Of a stretch of DNA of 64,000 bases, positions 42,201-53,935 are shown one piece after another; within the stretch, counting starts at the first letter, position 1, and each line of letters starts with the position of its first letter. Under the pieces are notes generated by a model that ran no database searches, was not told where the DNA came from, and was given only the letters and a program-made list of their open reading frames with translations. The DNA is taken from contig NC_073410.1 of assembly GCF_028641065.1 (NCBI RefSeq), positions 5,828,001-5,892,000 on the forward strand, read 5' to 3'. The position numbers and the translations under genes were made by a program. This stretch comes from Leucoraja erinacea (Eukaryota).

Positions 42201-45200
42201 TGGAGGACCAAGAAACCAAGAACCAAGAACCTCACAACGGGTAAATGAGTGTAGTTATAATTTGGTTGCATGAATATACTGTTGAGAAAGGACCAGTCAA
42301 AATTTGCTGTTGAGGGATGTAGGAGCAAAATGTACAAATGACTAAACATTAATCAATAAGCTCACAAATAATACCAAACTAAGCAATGGGACATTTTAAA
42401 TTTCAATGAATATTGGATTGCATTTAGAACAATGCACAAATATGGTGTCCATATAATTAACAAGATGGAGAAACATTGAGAAATATACTAAAACAGAGAG
42501 ATATTGCCAGAAATAGAAAAAAAATACGGATCAGGATCGATTAAACAGGCTAGATTCTCATTGAAAAATGTTGGCAGGTCTGAAGAAGGGCCCTGACCTG
42601 AAACATCACCTGTCCATGTTCTCCAGGAATGCTGCCTGGCTGGCTGTTACTCCAGCATTTTGTGTCTTATTGGAATGGATGGGATGAGGCTCCCATTATT
42701 GATGCAGACCATTTAGGACAAAAAGCTGTACATGCGAGGAATACGTGATAATCTATACAGGATACAATTCTGTGCCACAATTTCAAACAAGCTGTCAATC
42801 AGTGAAGCAAACACAGGCAAAACATTGGCACACAAGCATGAGGCATCATATATTGCCAACTGCTGAGGCAGTCATTATTCTAACAGGCACATTACACTGC
42901 AAATGCTGAGTTCTGTCTGTAATCTTCCACTCCATATAATCAGTAAGGAGCTGATTACCAATGTTGCAGAATCCAGCCAGTGCACTGTACATTCCGGGAG
43001 GAAATTGTTTCTGACGTGCCAGCAGGCAACGTGCTCCATCAGATACCAACATGATAACCACAGGAGACATCTGTTGATAATGAATCGGAGGAAGAACTTA
43101 GCATTTACATATCGTTACAAATGATTGCAATGAATATTTAGAACAGCAGGTGAGCTCACATTGCTAATCACTTACTAATAAATCAGGCATTGGTTAATCA
43201 AAAGCCCACTGAAGGTATATTGTATAAAACAGGGACACTATGATAATTAGGAACAGGCCATTTGGCATCTCATGTCTAGTGCACCATTAAATAGGATCAT
43301 TTGTAATCTTCTCAGCACTACATTCCTACACTCTCAGTATCCCTTGATATTCTATCTGTTGACTGAGCCTTCTCAGTGTTTTTGGATGAGAAATTTTTAA
43401 AAATCATCATCCACAAAATGTCTTCAGGGAGGAAGCGGCCGCTTCAGTCCAGGCCGCTGAAGAATGTTCACCTGACGCCGATGATCCAGCTTCGCGGCAG
43501 AGGGCCTGAGAACATCGAGTTGGCTGAGGAGGCCACATATAGACCCCGATCTCGGGTGGACTATGAGGGGGAGAACTGGATATTTTTAGTGCCTTCCCTC
43601 ACAGTGAATTCTGCTGTGGGGGGACGTTTCATGTTGATTTCTATAGTGTACTGTTCTGTGTCTTTTTTTCTTTTTTTTTTTTTTTTTTTTCTTTTTTTTT
43701 TTTTTTCTTTTTTTTTTTTTTGTTTTGTATGGATATATTGACATTTGGTCTGTTCTATTAATTTAATCAAACTCTGTAAAGCACTTTGGTTCAAATACTG
43801 GTTTTGTTGAAAAGTGATATATAAATAAAGATTATTATTATTATTATTATTATTATTCTCATCTCTGCCATGAATGGTTGCCTCCTTATTTTGAGATAGT
43901 AAACCCTGGTCCTACATACTCCAGCCAAGTGAAACATCAGGACGGCATTATTTTATCTGACAATCTTGTATATTTCAATGAGATCACAAATTCAAGAGGG
44001 TATGCGTCAAGTCTGCTCAATCTGTCCTCGCGTGACAAACATATTGTAGCTGGAATCAATCTGGTGAACCTCAATCAGAAGAATATCTCTCCTTAGGTAG
44101 GGGGACCATTCAAATGCAATAAATAAGCTAGGAAATATAAAGTTAGCTGTGAGCTAAGCAGAGCCATCCACAATGATTATCGTGTGTAGTAAGGAACTGC
44201 AGATGCTGGTTTACACTGAAGATAAGACACAAAATGCTGGAATAAGTCAGCGGGACAGGCAGCATGTCTGGAGAGAAGGATGGTGACGTTTCGGGCTGAG
44301 GCTTGTCTGAAGAAGGGTCTTGACTCGTAAAGTCACCCATTCCTTCTCTCCAGAGACGCTGCCTGTCCCGCTTAGATACTCTTGCATTTTGTGTCCGTCA
44401 CAATGATTACCTGTGGGTAATAGATTATTTCATCATTGCCACAGATTCGTTTGCTGCCGGATGCATTTTTCTGTGTCGGTTTTCCAGTTCTGCTGCAGTA
44501 GAGGTGTGTGCTGTGCCAGCGGAGAAGAGCCTGTGCCTAAAATACATCACATTATTGTGCCACGTATTCTCCACAAGTAGTCTGATCCAAAATATAAAGC
44601 TCAAAAGACAAAATACAAACTCAAGAATATCGATCTTAAATTTAAATTGTTAAAATCCTTTGTACCTTTGCAAACCCTTTTCACCATTCAACTGCAGAGG
44701 CCGGCAAAGGAAAAATAATCATCAGGATTTACCAGAATTTTTTTTTTAATGCACTTCTCAATTCATAGTCATGTTCAAAGTCATTAGTTTAGAGATAGGG
44801 TGTGGATGCAGCCGCTGGAACACAGTACAGCACATGAACAGGCCCTCGACCCATAATGTCTGTGCCATAAATGATACCAAAGCCATCACTTAACCACTTG
44901 CACATAAGCCATATCCCTCCATTCCCAGCCTGACCATACGCCAGCGCATTTCAGGTATTTACCACACTGTTAAAAACCTGCCACGCACATCTCCTTTAAA
45001 CTTTGCCCCTCTCACCTTAAAGCTACACCCTCTAGTATTTGATTCGATTGAACTTGCATTCATTTATATTTTTCCAATTTGGTGCTAAATGCAATCCACA
45101 GCAATACAAAAAAACAAATCCTCAGGCGCAGTCCTCTTTCTTACAGTTTGGCTTTCTTCCCAACCAATTGTTCAAGTGCTTTTGATTGCAACATGCGCCT

Positions 45201-48200
45201 TAATTTAGTTCAACAAAGAAACTGACAAGTTACTAAAGATCCTTTCCAATAAGTAAACTGGCTGTTCAGCCATGGTGAGTTATAGAGTGAAGCAAACACT
45301 TGGTTCAATAAAAGAAGTCTTGCCTCTGAATCAGAACTTTTCGGATAAGACAGATTCTCACAGCAGAGCCCGACTTCAAATTAAAACTGTAATGATTCTG
45401 CCATTTCAGTTTTTAATAAAGTTCTGAAAGCAACCTAACTCTGAGAAGTATAATAATATTGTAACTAAAAATATACGACACACATATATCCTGCGTTAAT
45501 AACACTGTGAGGAAGCGCATCCACCTCCTTTCCTCCAACACCCCTTCCTGTTTCAGCTAGACATCAAAACTATCTAAATTTGACATTGGCTTGCAAACAA
45601 TGAGACATGTTTCTAAATGTTTAATATTTGTTGAAGTTTTGCTCTTACCTGAGATATAAGGGATATATCATTTCTGTCTATGATGGTACAAGCTTTCCGA
45701 AATGCAAGAAACTTTCCCTTCAGAAGTAATTCTGCCCGGGCCTGTTCAGATTTTCCTTGTAGAACAGACAGGTTAGAACGTTGTCAGAGCACAAGAAGCG
45801 GGAGCAGGAGAAAATCATTTGGCCCGTCCACCATCCAACGATCACAGCTCGATGCAACTTTCCAACACTGAGCCCATATCCCAGGTTTCCCCATAACATT
45901 CCAAAATCTGTCAATCTCTGCCTTGAATATACAAGGTGACTGAGTTCCACTGACTTCGTCAATGGGGAATTACAAAGATTTACTCCCCATCCCCCCCCCC
46001 CTCCCCCACCCCCCCCCCCCGGTGAGGAAATGTCATGCTCTTGCAGTCCTGAGTGACTGCTCTCACCATGACACTGTGACCCCTGATTCTAGACACTCCA
46101 GACAAGTGAAATAACATCTGTGCATCTATCCTGCGCTACCAATGAGAATTGTGTACTTTTTCAATAAAATCACCTCTCATTGTTCTTTGCCGCATCTGCT
46201 TCATCCTCATCTGATATGATAAATCAATTAATCTGGGAATGAAGAAACCAGGATGCTGATGCAGGTTTGCAAAATAAGGCAGGAAACTGAAGGAACTTAG
46301 TGGGTCAGGCAGCATCTCAGGAGAATGTGAATAGATAGAGTTTTGGGTCAGGACCCTTCTTCATACTGATTATGTGTGGGGGGGGTGGGGGGGTTGGGTG
46401 AAGGGGAGGAAGTTGGAAGAGAGAAGGGGTAGGAGAAAGCCTGGCAGGTAATAGGTGACTCATGTGAGTAGGATCATTTGATAGGCAGATGGTTGGACAA
46501 AGGCTAGAGAGGAAAATCGAAGGTAGACAAACGTGCTGGAGAAACTCAGCGGGTGCAGCAGCATCTATGGAGCGAAGGAAATAGGCAACGTTGCCTATTT
46601 CCTTCGCTCCATAGATGCTGCTGCACTTTGGTCTACCTTCGATTTTCCAGCATCTGCAGTTCCTTCTTAAACGCTAGAGAGGAAAAGATAGAAGGTGAGA
46701 AACAAAAGGATTGAAGAGTTGTGAATTGTGGAAGGGGAGTCCATGTGGGGTGCAGGGGGAGTTGGGGGAGGGGGGGGGGGTAGAAGGGGAGTTGTATGGG
46801 GGAATACAGGAGAGGGGGAGGGTTATGTAGTTACCTAAAACTGGAGAATTCAATGAATTCAATTAGTTGGGTTGTAAGCTACCAAAGCGGAATTGGAGTG
46901 TTGCTCCTCCAGGTTGCATGTGGCCTCACTGTGGCAATAGAATCAATATGGTGAACTTTTTTTGCACTCCCTCTATGGCAAGAAAACGCTTCTTTGGGTG
47001 GGAAAACCAAACCAGTACACAACATTCCAGGTGCAGGCTCTCACTACAGTCCTATATAATTTGCAATTAGCTCTGTATACAAATCACTATAAGTTAACAC
47101 GCAGGCACAGGTAGTGAGAAGAAAGGCTAATGGTAGGCTGCCATTTATTGAATGAGGATTTGAGTACAAGGGTAGCTTATACTCAATAGAGAGCTAATTG
47201 CTCTGTCATTGCTCGGTCTCTGCGATCATGAACACCTATCACTTCCCCGTTTTTTAAAAATGCTTTTCTTTTTGTTTAAACCAAAGTAGATGACCAAATT
47301 TTTCTACCTTACAATCCATCAGCTATGTCCTCACCATTTATTTAGCTCATCCATATACCCAAAAAAGCCCCTTTTTAACAAGCTTAAAATATTTCAGTGG
47401 TGCTAAAAAGGTTCTAAGGCTATGCAAGAATGTCAATGAAAAGAACAAGTCTTGCTTAATCTTAAATAAACAAAGTGGTTTATCCTATCTCAGGCAATAC
47501 ACATTGCATGCATTATTACAATATGTATGAGGGAGTTCAGAAAATATGTTTCTCAGTGTAAATCTTTATATGCATTAAACTATATACATGTGTGTATGAT
47601 AGTCCAGCAAAGACGTACATTATAATGTATTGTAAGATAGTTGCATCAAGCTGTGTGCAGACCTTTGATAATAATCTTACCTATATCAAGTGCAAACTGT
47701 GGCACAAGACTCTCTGTGCAGCCAATTAGCACTGATTCCTCCGTCCACCTTTCTGCCAGGTCCAGCTTCTTAAGCTCTGGAACAGAAGATAATCTGCTTT
47801 AACACATCAGTTTGTGTAGGAAGGAACTGCAGATAGACACAAAAAGCTGGTATGACTCAGCATCTCTGGAGAGAAGGAATAGGTGACCTTTCAGGTCAAG
47901 AACCTCCTTCAGACACACATCAGTTTGTTTGCTACACTGAAGGAGACGAGCTTTCAGGGTGCTCAACTCGGAGTGCAGATAAATCATGGGACAGTCACAT
48001 TGTCATTGAAAAGAGGATCAAGCCTTTTCCTGCTTCATTCCCACATTGTAAAGTGCAAGAATTTGTCAATGAATATCCGGTCAGTATGGTCGATCCACCA
48101 GAGAAATAAACATTGTTTATGGTGCATTTGAGAGTTGATGTATTTGTGTATGGCCTCTGGACTCCTCTTATCATAATCATTATTACTAAATAAACAGCAG

Positions 48201-50678
48201 AACTATTTGGAAGTATATTTTTCAAGTAATTATAATGCAAATTGGTATCCAAAAATACATTATGGTTGGAGGGGAATAACCTATATGGAGGACATGGAGA
48301 AATTAGGAAGAATGCTCTCTTCTTCAGAACAAGATAAATAACCACTTGTTGAAACGTTTCAGCCTAAGTAGATGTGGCTCATGCTTAAGTTGAGATATTC
48401 AATCTGTTGGTGACCCTCGGACATCTATTTTCAGCTTCTGCAGCTCCTAGGTGACTGCTTTTCTCCAGCATTTATACCTGTTGCTGTCACGAATGGTGTC
48501 GTGTACTTGTTCTCAATCTTCTGCACAAGTGGCAAGAGATCATGAAAGAGCAGGAAGGTTCCGGAGCTGAGAGCCTTGCGGCAGGCTTCATCATCCTCTT
48601 TCAGCTCAGAGAGGTGACTGCAATACAGTGAAAAATGACAGATATTTAATGTAAACATGATCTACATCATCTCTTCCATCTTTACTAATATGCATTAGTA
48701 AACATGCAGCCTATCAGATGCTAACATTTCCCCCTGCTCTCTGATATACTGCACAATGAACCATTATTTGAAGGTTTGCAAGCCTAAAAAGCAACAATCT
48801 GCTGGAAGAACTCAGTGATTCAAACAGTATCTGTAAGTGGAAAGAAATGCTTGGCGTTTCAGGATAAAACCCTGCATCAAGACTCAAATCGTGATGCAGA
48901 ATTTTGACCCAAAATGATAACCATTTTCTCCCACCCACAGATGCTACTCAACCTGCTGAGTTCCGTCTGCAGATTGAGTGTTGCTCCAGATTCCAGTGTC
49001 TGCAGTCACTAGTGTCTCCGTTGTCAAGTCAAGGGATGACTTGATCAAAGTTTTTAAGATATTGAGGAGAACTAGAGTGTTTCTTCAAGTCGCAGCGGAG
49101 CAACAAATTAGCCCAATGATGCTTCATATAGCAACAAGCGTCAACATTTCAGGAGGTCACAAGTAATAGGAGTAGAATTAGGCCATTTGGCACATCAAGT
49201 CTATTCCACCATTCAATCATGGCTGATCTATCCCTCCCGCCTAACTCCATTCTCCTGCCTTCTCCCCATAACCCCGCCACCCGTACTAATCAAGAATCTA
49301 TCTATCTCTGCTTTAAAAATATCCATTGACAGCCTCCACAGCCTTCTGTGGCAAGAAATTCCACAGATTCACCACACTGACTAAATAAATTCTTTCTCAC
49401 CTCTTTCCTAAAGGAACATCCTTTAATTCTGAGGCTATGACCTAAAATTCGCACACAAGTGGAAACATCCTCTCCACATCCACTCTATCCAACCAAGCCT
49501 TTCAGTATTCAGGACGTTTCAATGAGGTTCCTCCCTCATTCTTCTAAACTCCAGTGAGTACAGGCCTAGCGCCGTCAATAATAAGTTATCATCATAAGTT
49601 AACCCACTCTTTCCTGGGATCATTCTTGTAAACCTCCTTTGGACCTTCACCAGGGCCAGCACATTCTTCCTCAGATATGGTACACAAAAGGGTCGTGATT
49701 AAATTTGTTTCCTTCTCAGGGTTTTAAGTGGCCTGTGTGAAATTGCATGGCAATGAACAATTATTTAATAGTAAGAGGAGATTCTTACTCATTCTGAGAA
49801 AGCCAATTGGACCATTGGATCCACGTTGACTCACGGAACTATACACGTATTCTCTCACACGTGTCCAACTTTGATTCTTTTGACACCTCACCTACACAAG
49901 CGTTAATCTACAGTAGCCAATTTGACCTTCTGGATGTCTTTGAAATGTGGGAGGAAACCAGAGCAGCTAGGGGAAACCCACAATATCACAGAGAGAGCAT
50001 GCAAACTCCACACATTCATTGCACAAATGGAAGTTTGGCCTGAGTGGCAAATGGAAATCTCTTGAAATTGGCAATGACAGTTTTGATACCTTAGTGTTAT
50101 CAATTTTAAATTGCATCTGCCGTGTACTTTGCTTGTTGGACCATTGGATCCACGTTGACTCATGGAATTATACACGTATTCTCTCACACGTGTCCAACTT
50201 TAATTCTTTTGACACCTCACCTACACAAGCGTTAATCTACAGTAGCCAATTTGACCTTCTGGATGTCTTTGAAATGTGGGAGGAAACCAGAGCAGCTAGG
50301 GGAAACCCACAATATCACAGAGAGAGCATGCAAACTCCACACATTCATTGCACAAATGGAAGTTTGGCCTGAGTGGCAAATGGAAATCTCTTGAAATTGG
50401 CAATGACAGTTTTGATACCTTAGTGTTATCAATTTTAATTTGCATCTGCCATGTACTTTGCTTGATATGCAGAACTATGCAAAATCTGGAACATTACTTT
50501 TAGTCAAAGAATGATGTTCCATATTTTGTATGGCTCAAACCTGAAGGGGCCAGTCGTTAGTACACAATGTGACTGAATAGATGCATAAAACTTACCGCAT
50601 CCGATTGACATAATTTGAAACCATTCTGCAGGATAACTGGAGTGCCGGTGTGTTGAAATTCCTCAAAAAGAAATGCAT
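39105..50678 (-). CDS. NUDT13: NAD(P)H pyrophosphatase NUDT13, 8 coding exons, 329 aa
   Basis: complement(join(39105..39275,40651..40805,42959..43070,44411..44536,45649..45755,47681..47776,48478..48617,50596..50678)); 990 nt open, GT-AG introns. Nudix box [23 protein letters not shown] and NADH-hydrolase motif SQHWPFPNS are present. [15 protein letters not shown] and AQALLRWH match NUDT13, and the gene is convergent with ECD as in human. Confidence 0.95.
40209..40399. mobile_element. Short fold-back Penelope-terminus-derived insertion with hammerhead motif (40272-40298)
   Basis: 14 bp TSD cttgattggactat at 40195-40208 and 40400-40413; near-perfect inverted arms. Confidence 0.82.
40651..40805 (-). 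CDS. NUDT13: NUDT13 coding exon 7
   Basis: [17 protein letters not shown]...[17 protein letters not shown]. Confidence 0.94.
40990..41293 (+). mobile_element. tRNA-headed SINE with (CTAAA)n tail
   Basis: A-box/B-box-like head and conserved body. Related copies lie at about 4790-5025 (-), 13370-13580 (-), 18930-18995 (+), 55300-55590 (+) and 58400-58620 (+). Confidence 0.7.
41717..42150. repeat. Polypurine (G/A) low-complexity tract
   Basis: Almost exclusively G and A, with many GGG runs. Confidence 0.9.
42959..43070 (-). CDS. NUDT13: NUDT13 coding exon 6
   Basis: [37 protein letters not shown]. Confidence 0.93.
44180..44398. mobile_element. Short fold-back Penelope-terminus-derived insertion beside a NUDT13 donor site
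   Basis: 11 bp TSD cacaatgatta at 44169-44179 and 44399-44409; inverted arms. Confidence 0.8.
44411..44536 (-). CDS. NUDT13: NUDT13 coding exon 5
   Basis: [42 protein letters not shown]. Confidence 0.93.
45649..45755 (-). CDS. NUDT13: NUDT13 coding exon 4
   Basis: [35 protein letters not shown]; donor gtaag; acceptor chosen by phase. Confidence 0.82.
46245..46942 (-). mobile_element. Penelope-like element 3' end (degenerate GIY-YIG C-terminus, 3' UTR, terminal repeat)
   Basis: Minus strand reads [30 protein letters not shown]-stop (frameshifted), then a pyrimidine-rich UTR and the same terminal sequence as the short elements. Confidence 0.7.
46517..46672. mobile_element. Short fold-back insertion nested in the Penelope 3' UTR
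   Basis: 14 bp TSD gctagagaggaaaa at 46503-46516 and 46673-46686. Confidence 0.8.
47681..47776 (-). CDS. NUDT13: NUDT13 coding exon 3
   Basis: [31 protein letters not shown]; donor gtaag. Confidence 0.88.
47816..47914 (-). mobile_element. Short Penelope-terminus-derived insertion
   Basis: 14 bp TSD acacatcagtttgt at 47802-47815 and 47915-47928. Confidence 0.78.
48478..48617 (-). CDS. NUDT13: NUDT13 coding exon 2
   Basis: [33 protein letters not shown]. Confidence 0.9.
49150..49680 (-). mobile_element. CR1 LINE 3' fragment
   Basis: Shares long stretches with 150-480 and the other CR1 copies. Confidence 0.7.
49807..50464. repeat. 329 bp direct tandem duplication
   Basis: 49807-50135 versus 50136-50464, with only about five substitutions seen. 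Confidence 0.92.
50596..50678 (-). CDS. NUDT13: NUDT13 coding exon 1 (possible mitochondrial presequence)
   Basis: [28 protein letters not shown] with an in-frame stop just upstream; donor CG|GTAAG; no acidic residues. Confidence 0.82.
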
Positions 50679-52258
50679 CACTTCTGATTTTCAAATTCAG
50701 CTTGTAGAATTTGACTAAACCTAGTCAATCTATTCTGGGCCGCTCAAAGAGGAACATAAGCTGCCGGAGAGAGAATCGAGTTATACCCCAAGTACATCCA
50801 ACCCTGTAGACATTAAACAAGAGAAAGTAGACAGCCAGGGGCAGTGGTACAATCGAGTAATATCTCACCTGCCTTTGGTGGCTTGGCTCAGAAGAACTCA
50901 GAAATGAAATTAATCACTAAGCTTCCCCACCCCCGAAGTCTCTTTGTAAAAATATGTTGGTGCAAATTAAAAACAATTCTCCTTACAGCTCTGAGTTATA
51001 AATTCTGCAATACCCTAACCAAAACAATAGGAGTATCCTCAGTCAGTGACAAATTGTTCAATAACTGACTCATCACCTCCTACTTAAATTAAATTGAATT
51101 GAATTTAATAAATTATTCAAGTACGTATACATACAAGGAATTTGCCTTGGTGCTTTGCTCGCAAGTAATAACACGATATATGGTAAATTAAAAATAAAAC
51201 ATTAACATTTAAACATGTGAAGAATGAAATAAAAGAGGCTACAGACTTTTGGCTTAAAAGATAAATACTGGTCTGTCATCGAATTATACAGAAACAGGCC
51301 GTTCAGAACTCAACTCAATTATGCTGACCCAAGATGTCCAGCTGACCTAGTCCCATTGCCACCTTGCTTAAACACCCACATCACTTAAAAACAAAACACT
51401 CTGGTTTTCTTGGATACTTGCTCCAAATATTCCAGGCATTTTAAAAACACCAGCATTTAGCTTCATTTTGTTGAGTTTTGCTGAATTACGTCATTCCAGT
51501 GGTAAATTATTCCTACCGGTACCTAAGGAAAGCTGTACAAGCATACCTTTCTACTTATAGCATAATTTAACGTTGTGAATTTCAAGGAGACTTCTGACAT
51601 TAATGGAAATGGAGCATGTTGCAAGTTTTGGATCTGTAGTCAGTGTGCAGTTGAAGGATGTTGTCTTTATCATTCTGACAGTTTCGTGCCAGGACCGTAA
51701 ATGCAGCAGTTCTACAAAAATAAGTGAAAAAAACAAACAGCTCAAAAACAGATATTTTACAATTGTTTCTCTCAATCCATAAAAATAAAAATCGATCGCG
51801 TTCCATGAAAACCCACTCGCAAGATGATTTAAATGCCCATTAATTTACGGGAATTAAACATTAAATTCCTTCCATTTGGCCTATAAATTCATGACAATGA
51901 GATTTAAAAATCATGTTATATTGTGAATTATTGTGTGAATGTTATTTGGACACTAAGGCTATTTAAAAATGTTAACCTTTTCTTAAGAAATGGATAGATG
52001 TTTAGATCTAGTAATTGAATTTTGTAATTAGCTACAATTAGGTAACTAACTGATTATATGCTTTAATATTAGGTCATCCAAGTAAGATTGTTTCATATTT
52101 GTTTCAGAATGCTTCAATCTATAATAACTGCACATTTCATTCAGTTCTCTTAATTTTTAAGAAAATTATGGGCTTTTCACTGTCCTCGATCACAGCTTTT
52201 CAGTTAAGTAAATGGAAAAGCAATAGGGAACAAGACGCTAATTTCAGAGTATGAAAAT

Positions 52259-52670
52259 AGAAACATAGAAAATAGGTGCAGGAATAAGGCCATTCGGCAC
52301 TTCAAGCCAGCACCGCCATACAATATGATCATGGCTGATCATCCAAATCAATATCCCTACCTGCCTTCTCTCCATACCCCCTGATCCCTTTAGCCACAAG
52401 GGCCACATCTAACTCCCTCTTAAATCTAGCCAATGAACTGGCCTCATCTACCTTCTGTGGCAGAGAATTCCACAGATTCACCACTCTGTGTGTAAAAAAT
52501 GATTTTCTCATCTCAGTCCTAAAAGACTTCCCCCTTATCCTTAAACTGTGACCCCTTGTTCTGGACTTCCTCAACATCGGGAATAATCTTCCTGCATCTA
52601 GCCTGTCCAACCCCTTAAGAATTTTGTAAGTTTCTATAAGATCCCCTCAATCTTCTAAATTCTAGCGTGT
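52259..52670 (-). mobile_element. CR1 LINE 3' end
   Basis: ORF 52329-52610 is nearly identical to the C-terminus of the 10725-11237 ORF. Confidence 0.88.
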
Positions 52671-53498
52671 AATGGCCATAACATTTTTAATACTGAAGAT
52701 ATGAAAGTGAATTAGATGTCAAATTAAACTTCTTTTTATGCTTTATCTGATGGGATAAATTGCAGACTTTGATTTTTTAAATCTCAAAACGTGGTAACAT
52801 TACTACTATCTTAAGGCCAGTGTGGGAATGGGAGAGAGGAGGGGGGGGGTGAAGTGCTGAGCTTCAGGATCAGGAGGGTTTAGTCAAGTCAAGTCGAGTC
52901 ACATTTATTTATATAGCACATGTAAAAAACAACTTGTGGCTAAGGGGATCAGGGGGTATGGAGAGAAGGCAGGTACGGGATACTGAGTTGGATGATCAGC
53001 CATGATCATATTGAATGGCGGTGCAGGCTCGAAGGGCAGAATGGCCTACTCCTGCACCTAATTTCTATGTTTCTATGTCTATGTTTCTAACTCTCGTTGG
53101 CCAAAGTGCTTTACACTTGTTATAGGAATAGCACAACAAAAACAGACTGATACATATATACATTATTAATCTTTTTTCTCAATGATTAGTGATGTACAGC
53201 ACTTTGTTGCAACTATGTTTGTTTTTAAAGTGCTCTATAAATAAAATTATTGTTATTATTATTATTATTACATGTAGCCCTCACTCAGAAGACGTCAGGA
53301 AAGGCTTGGGAGTTTAGGCCGGCTGAGCGGAGGAGCTTAGTGAAACCATCGCCGAGCCTGCGCTTGGTCTCGCCGATATCTGTCGTATTTCGTACCTTTA
53401 CACTTCCTAATCTGTCTGTGTCTCCATCTCCCCCTCACTCTGTCCACCTCAAACCTCAACCATAGAGGGTGGGCCGGACTGCGGCTGCGCTGTGATCC

Positions 53499-53935
53499 GG
53501 TCAGCCAGATGCAGCGCCACCCACCGGCCGGAGGACCAACAGCGCAGCCGGGTCGGTCAGCCAGATGCAGCGCCACCCACCGGCCGGAGGACCAACAGCG
53601 CAGCCGGGTCGGGTCAGCCAGATGCAGCGCCACCCACCGGTCGGAGGACCAACAGCGCAGCCGGGTCGGGTCAGCCAGATGCAGCGCCCACCCACCGGCC
53701 GGAGGACCAACAGCGCAGCCGGGTCGATCAGCCAGTCGCAGCGCCACCCACCGGCCGGAGGACCAACAGCGCAGCCGGGTCGATCAGCCAGTTGCAGCGC
53801 CACCCACCGGCCGGAGGACCAACAGCGCAGCCGGGGGCGGTCAGCCAGATGCAGCGCCACCCACCGGCCGGAGGACCAACAGCGCAGCCGGGGGCGGTCA
53901 GCCAGATGCAGCGCCCCCACACCGGTCGGAGGACC
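53499..53935. repeat. GC-rich minisatellite, 56-57 bp unit, 7 full copies plus 1 partial
   Basis: Unit ggtcagccagatgcagcgccacccaccggccggaggaccaacagcgcagccgggtc starts at 53499, 53555, 53612, 53669, 53726, 53782, 53839 and 53896. Confidence 0.92.

Noticed and set aside
41638-42219. Long Pro-rich and Gly/Glu-rich ORFs
   Set aside because: By-products of the polypurine tract; intronic, with no splice or family signal.
44411-44536. Incomplete four-cysteine zinc motif in NUDT13
   Set aside because: Recalled human NUDT13 shows the same reduced pattern, so it is not lineage-specific.
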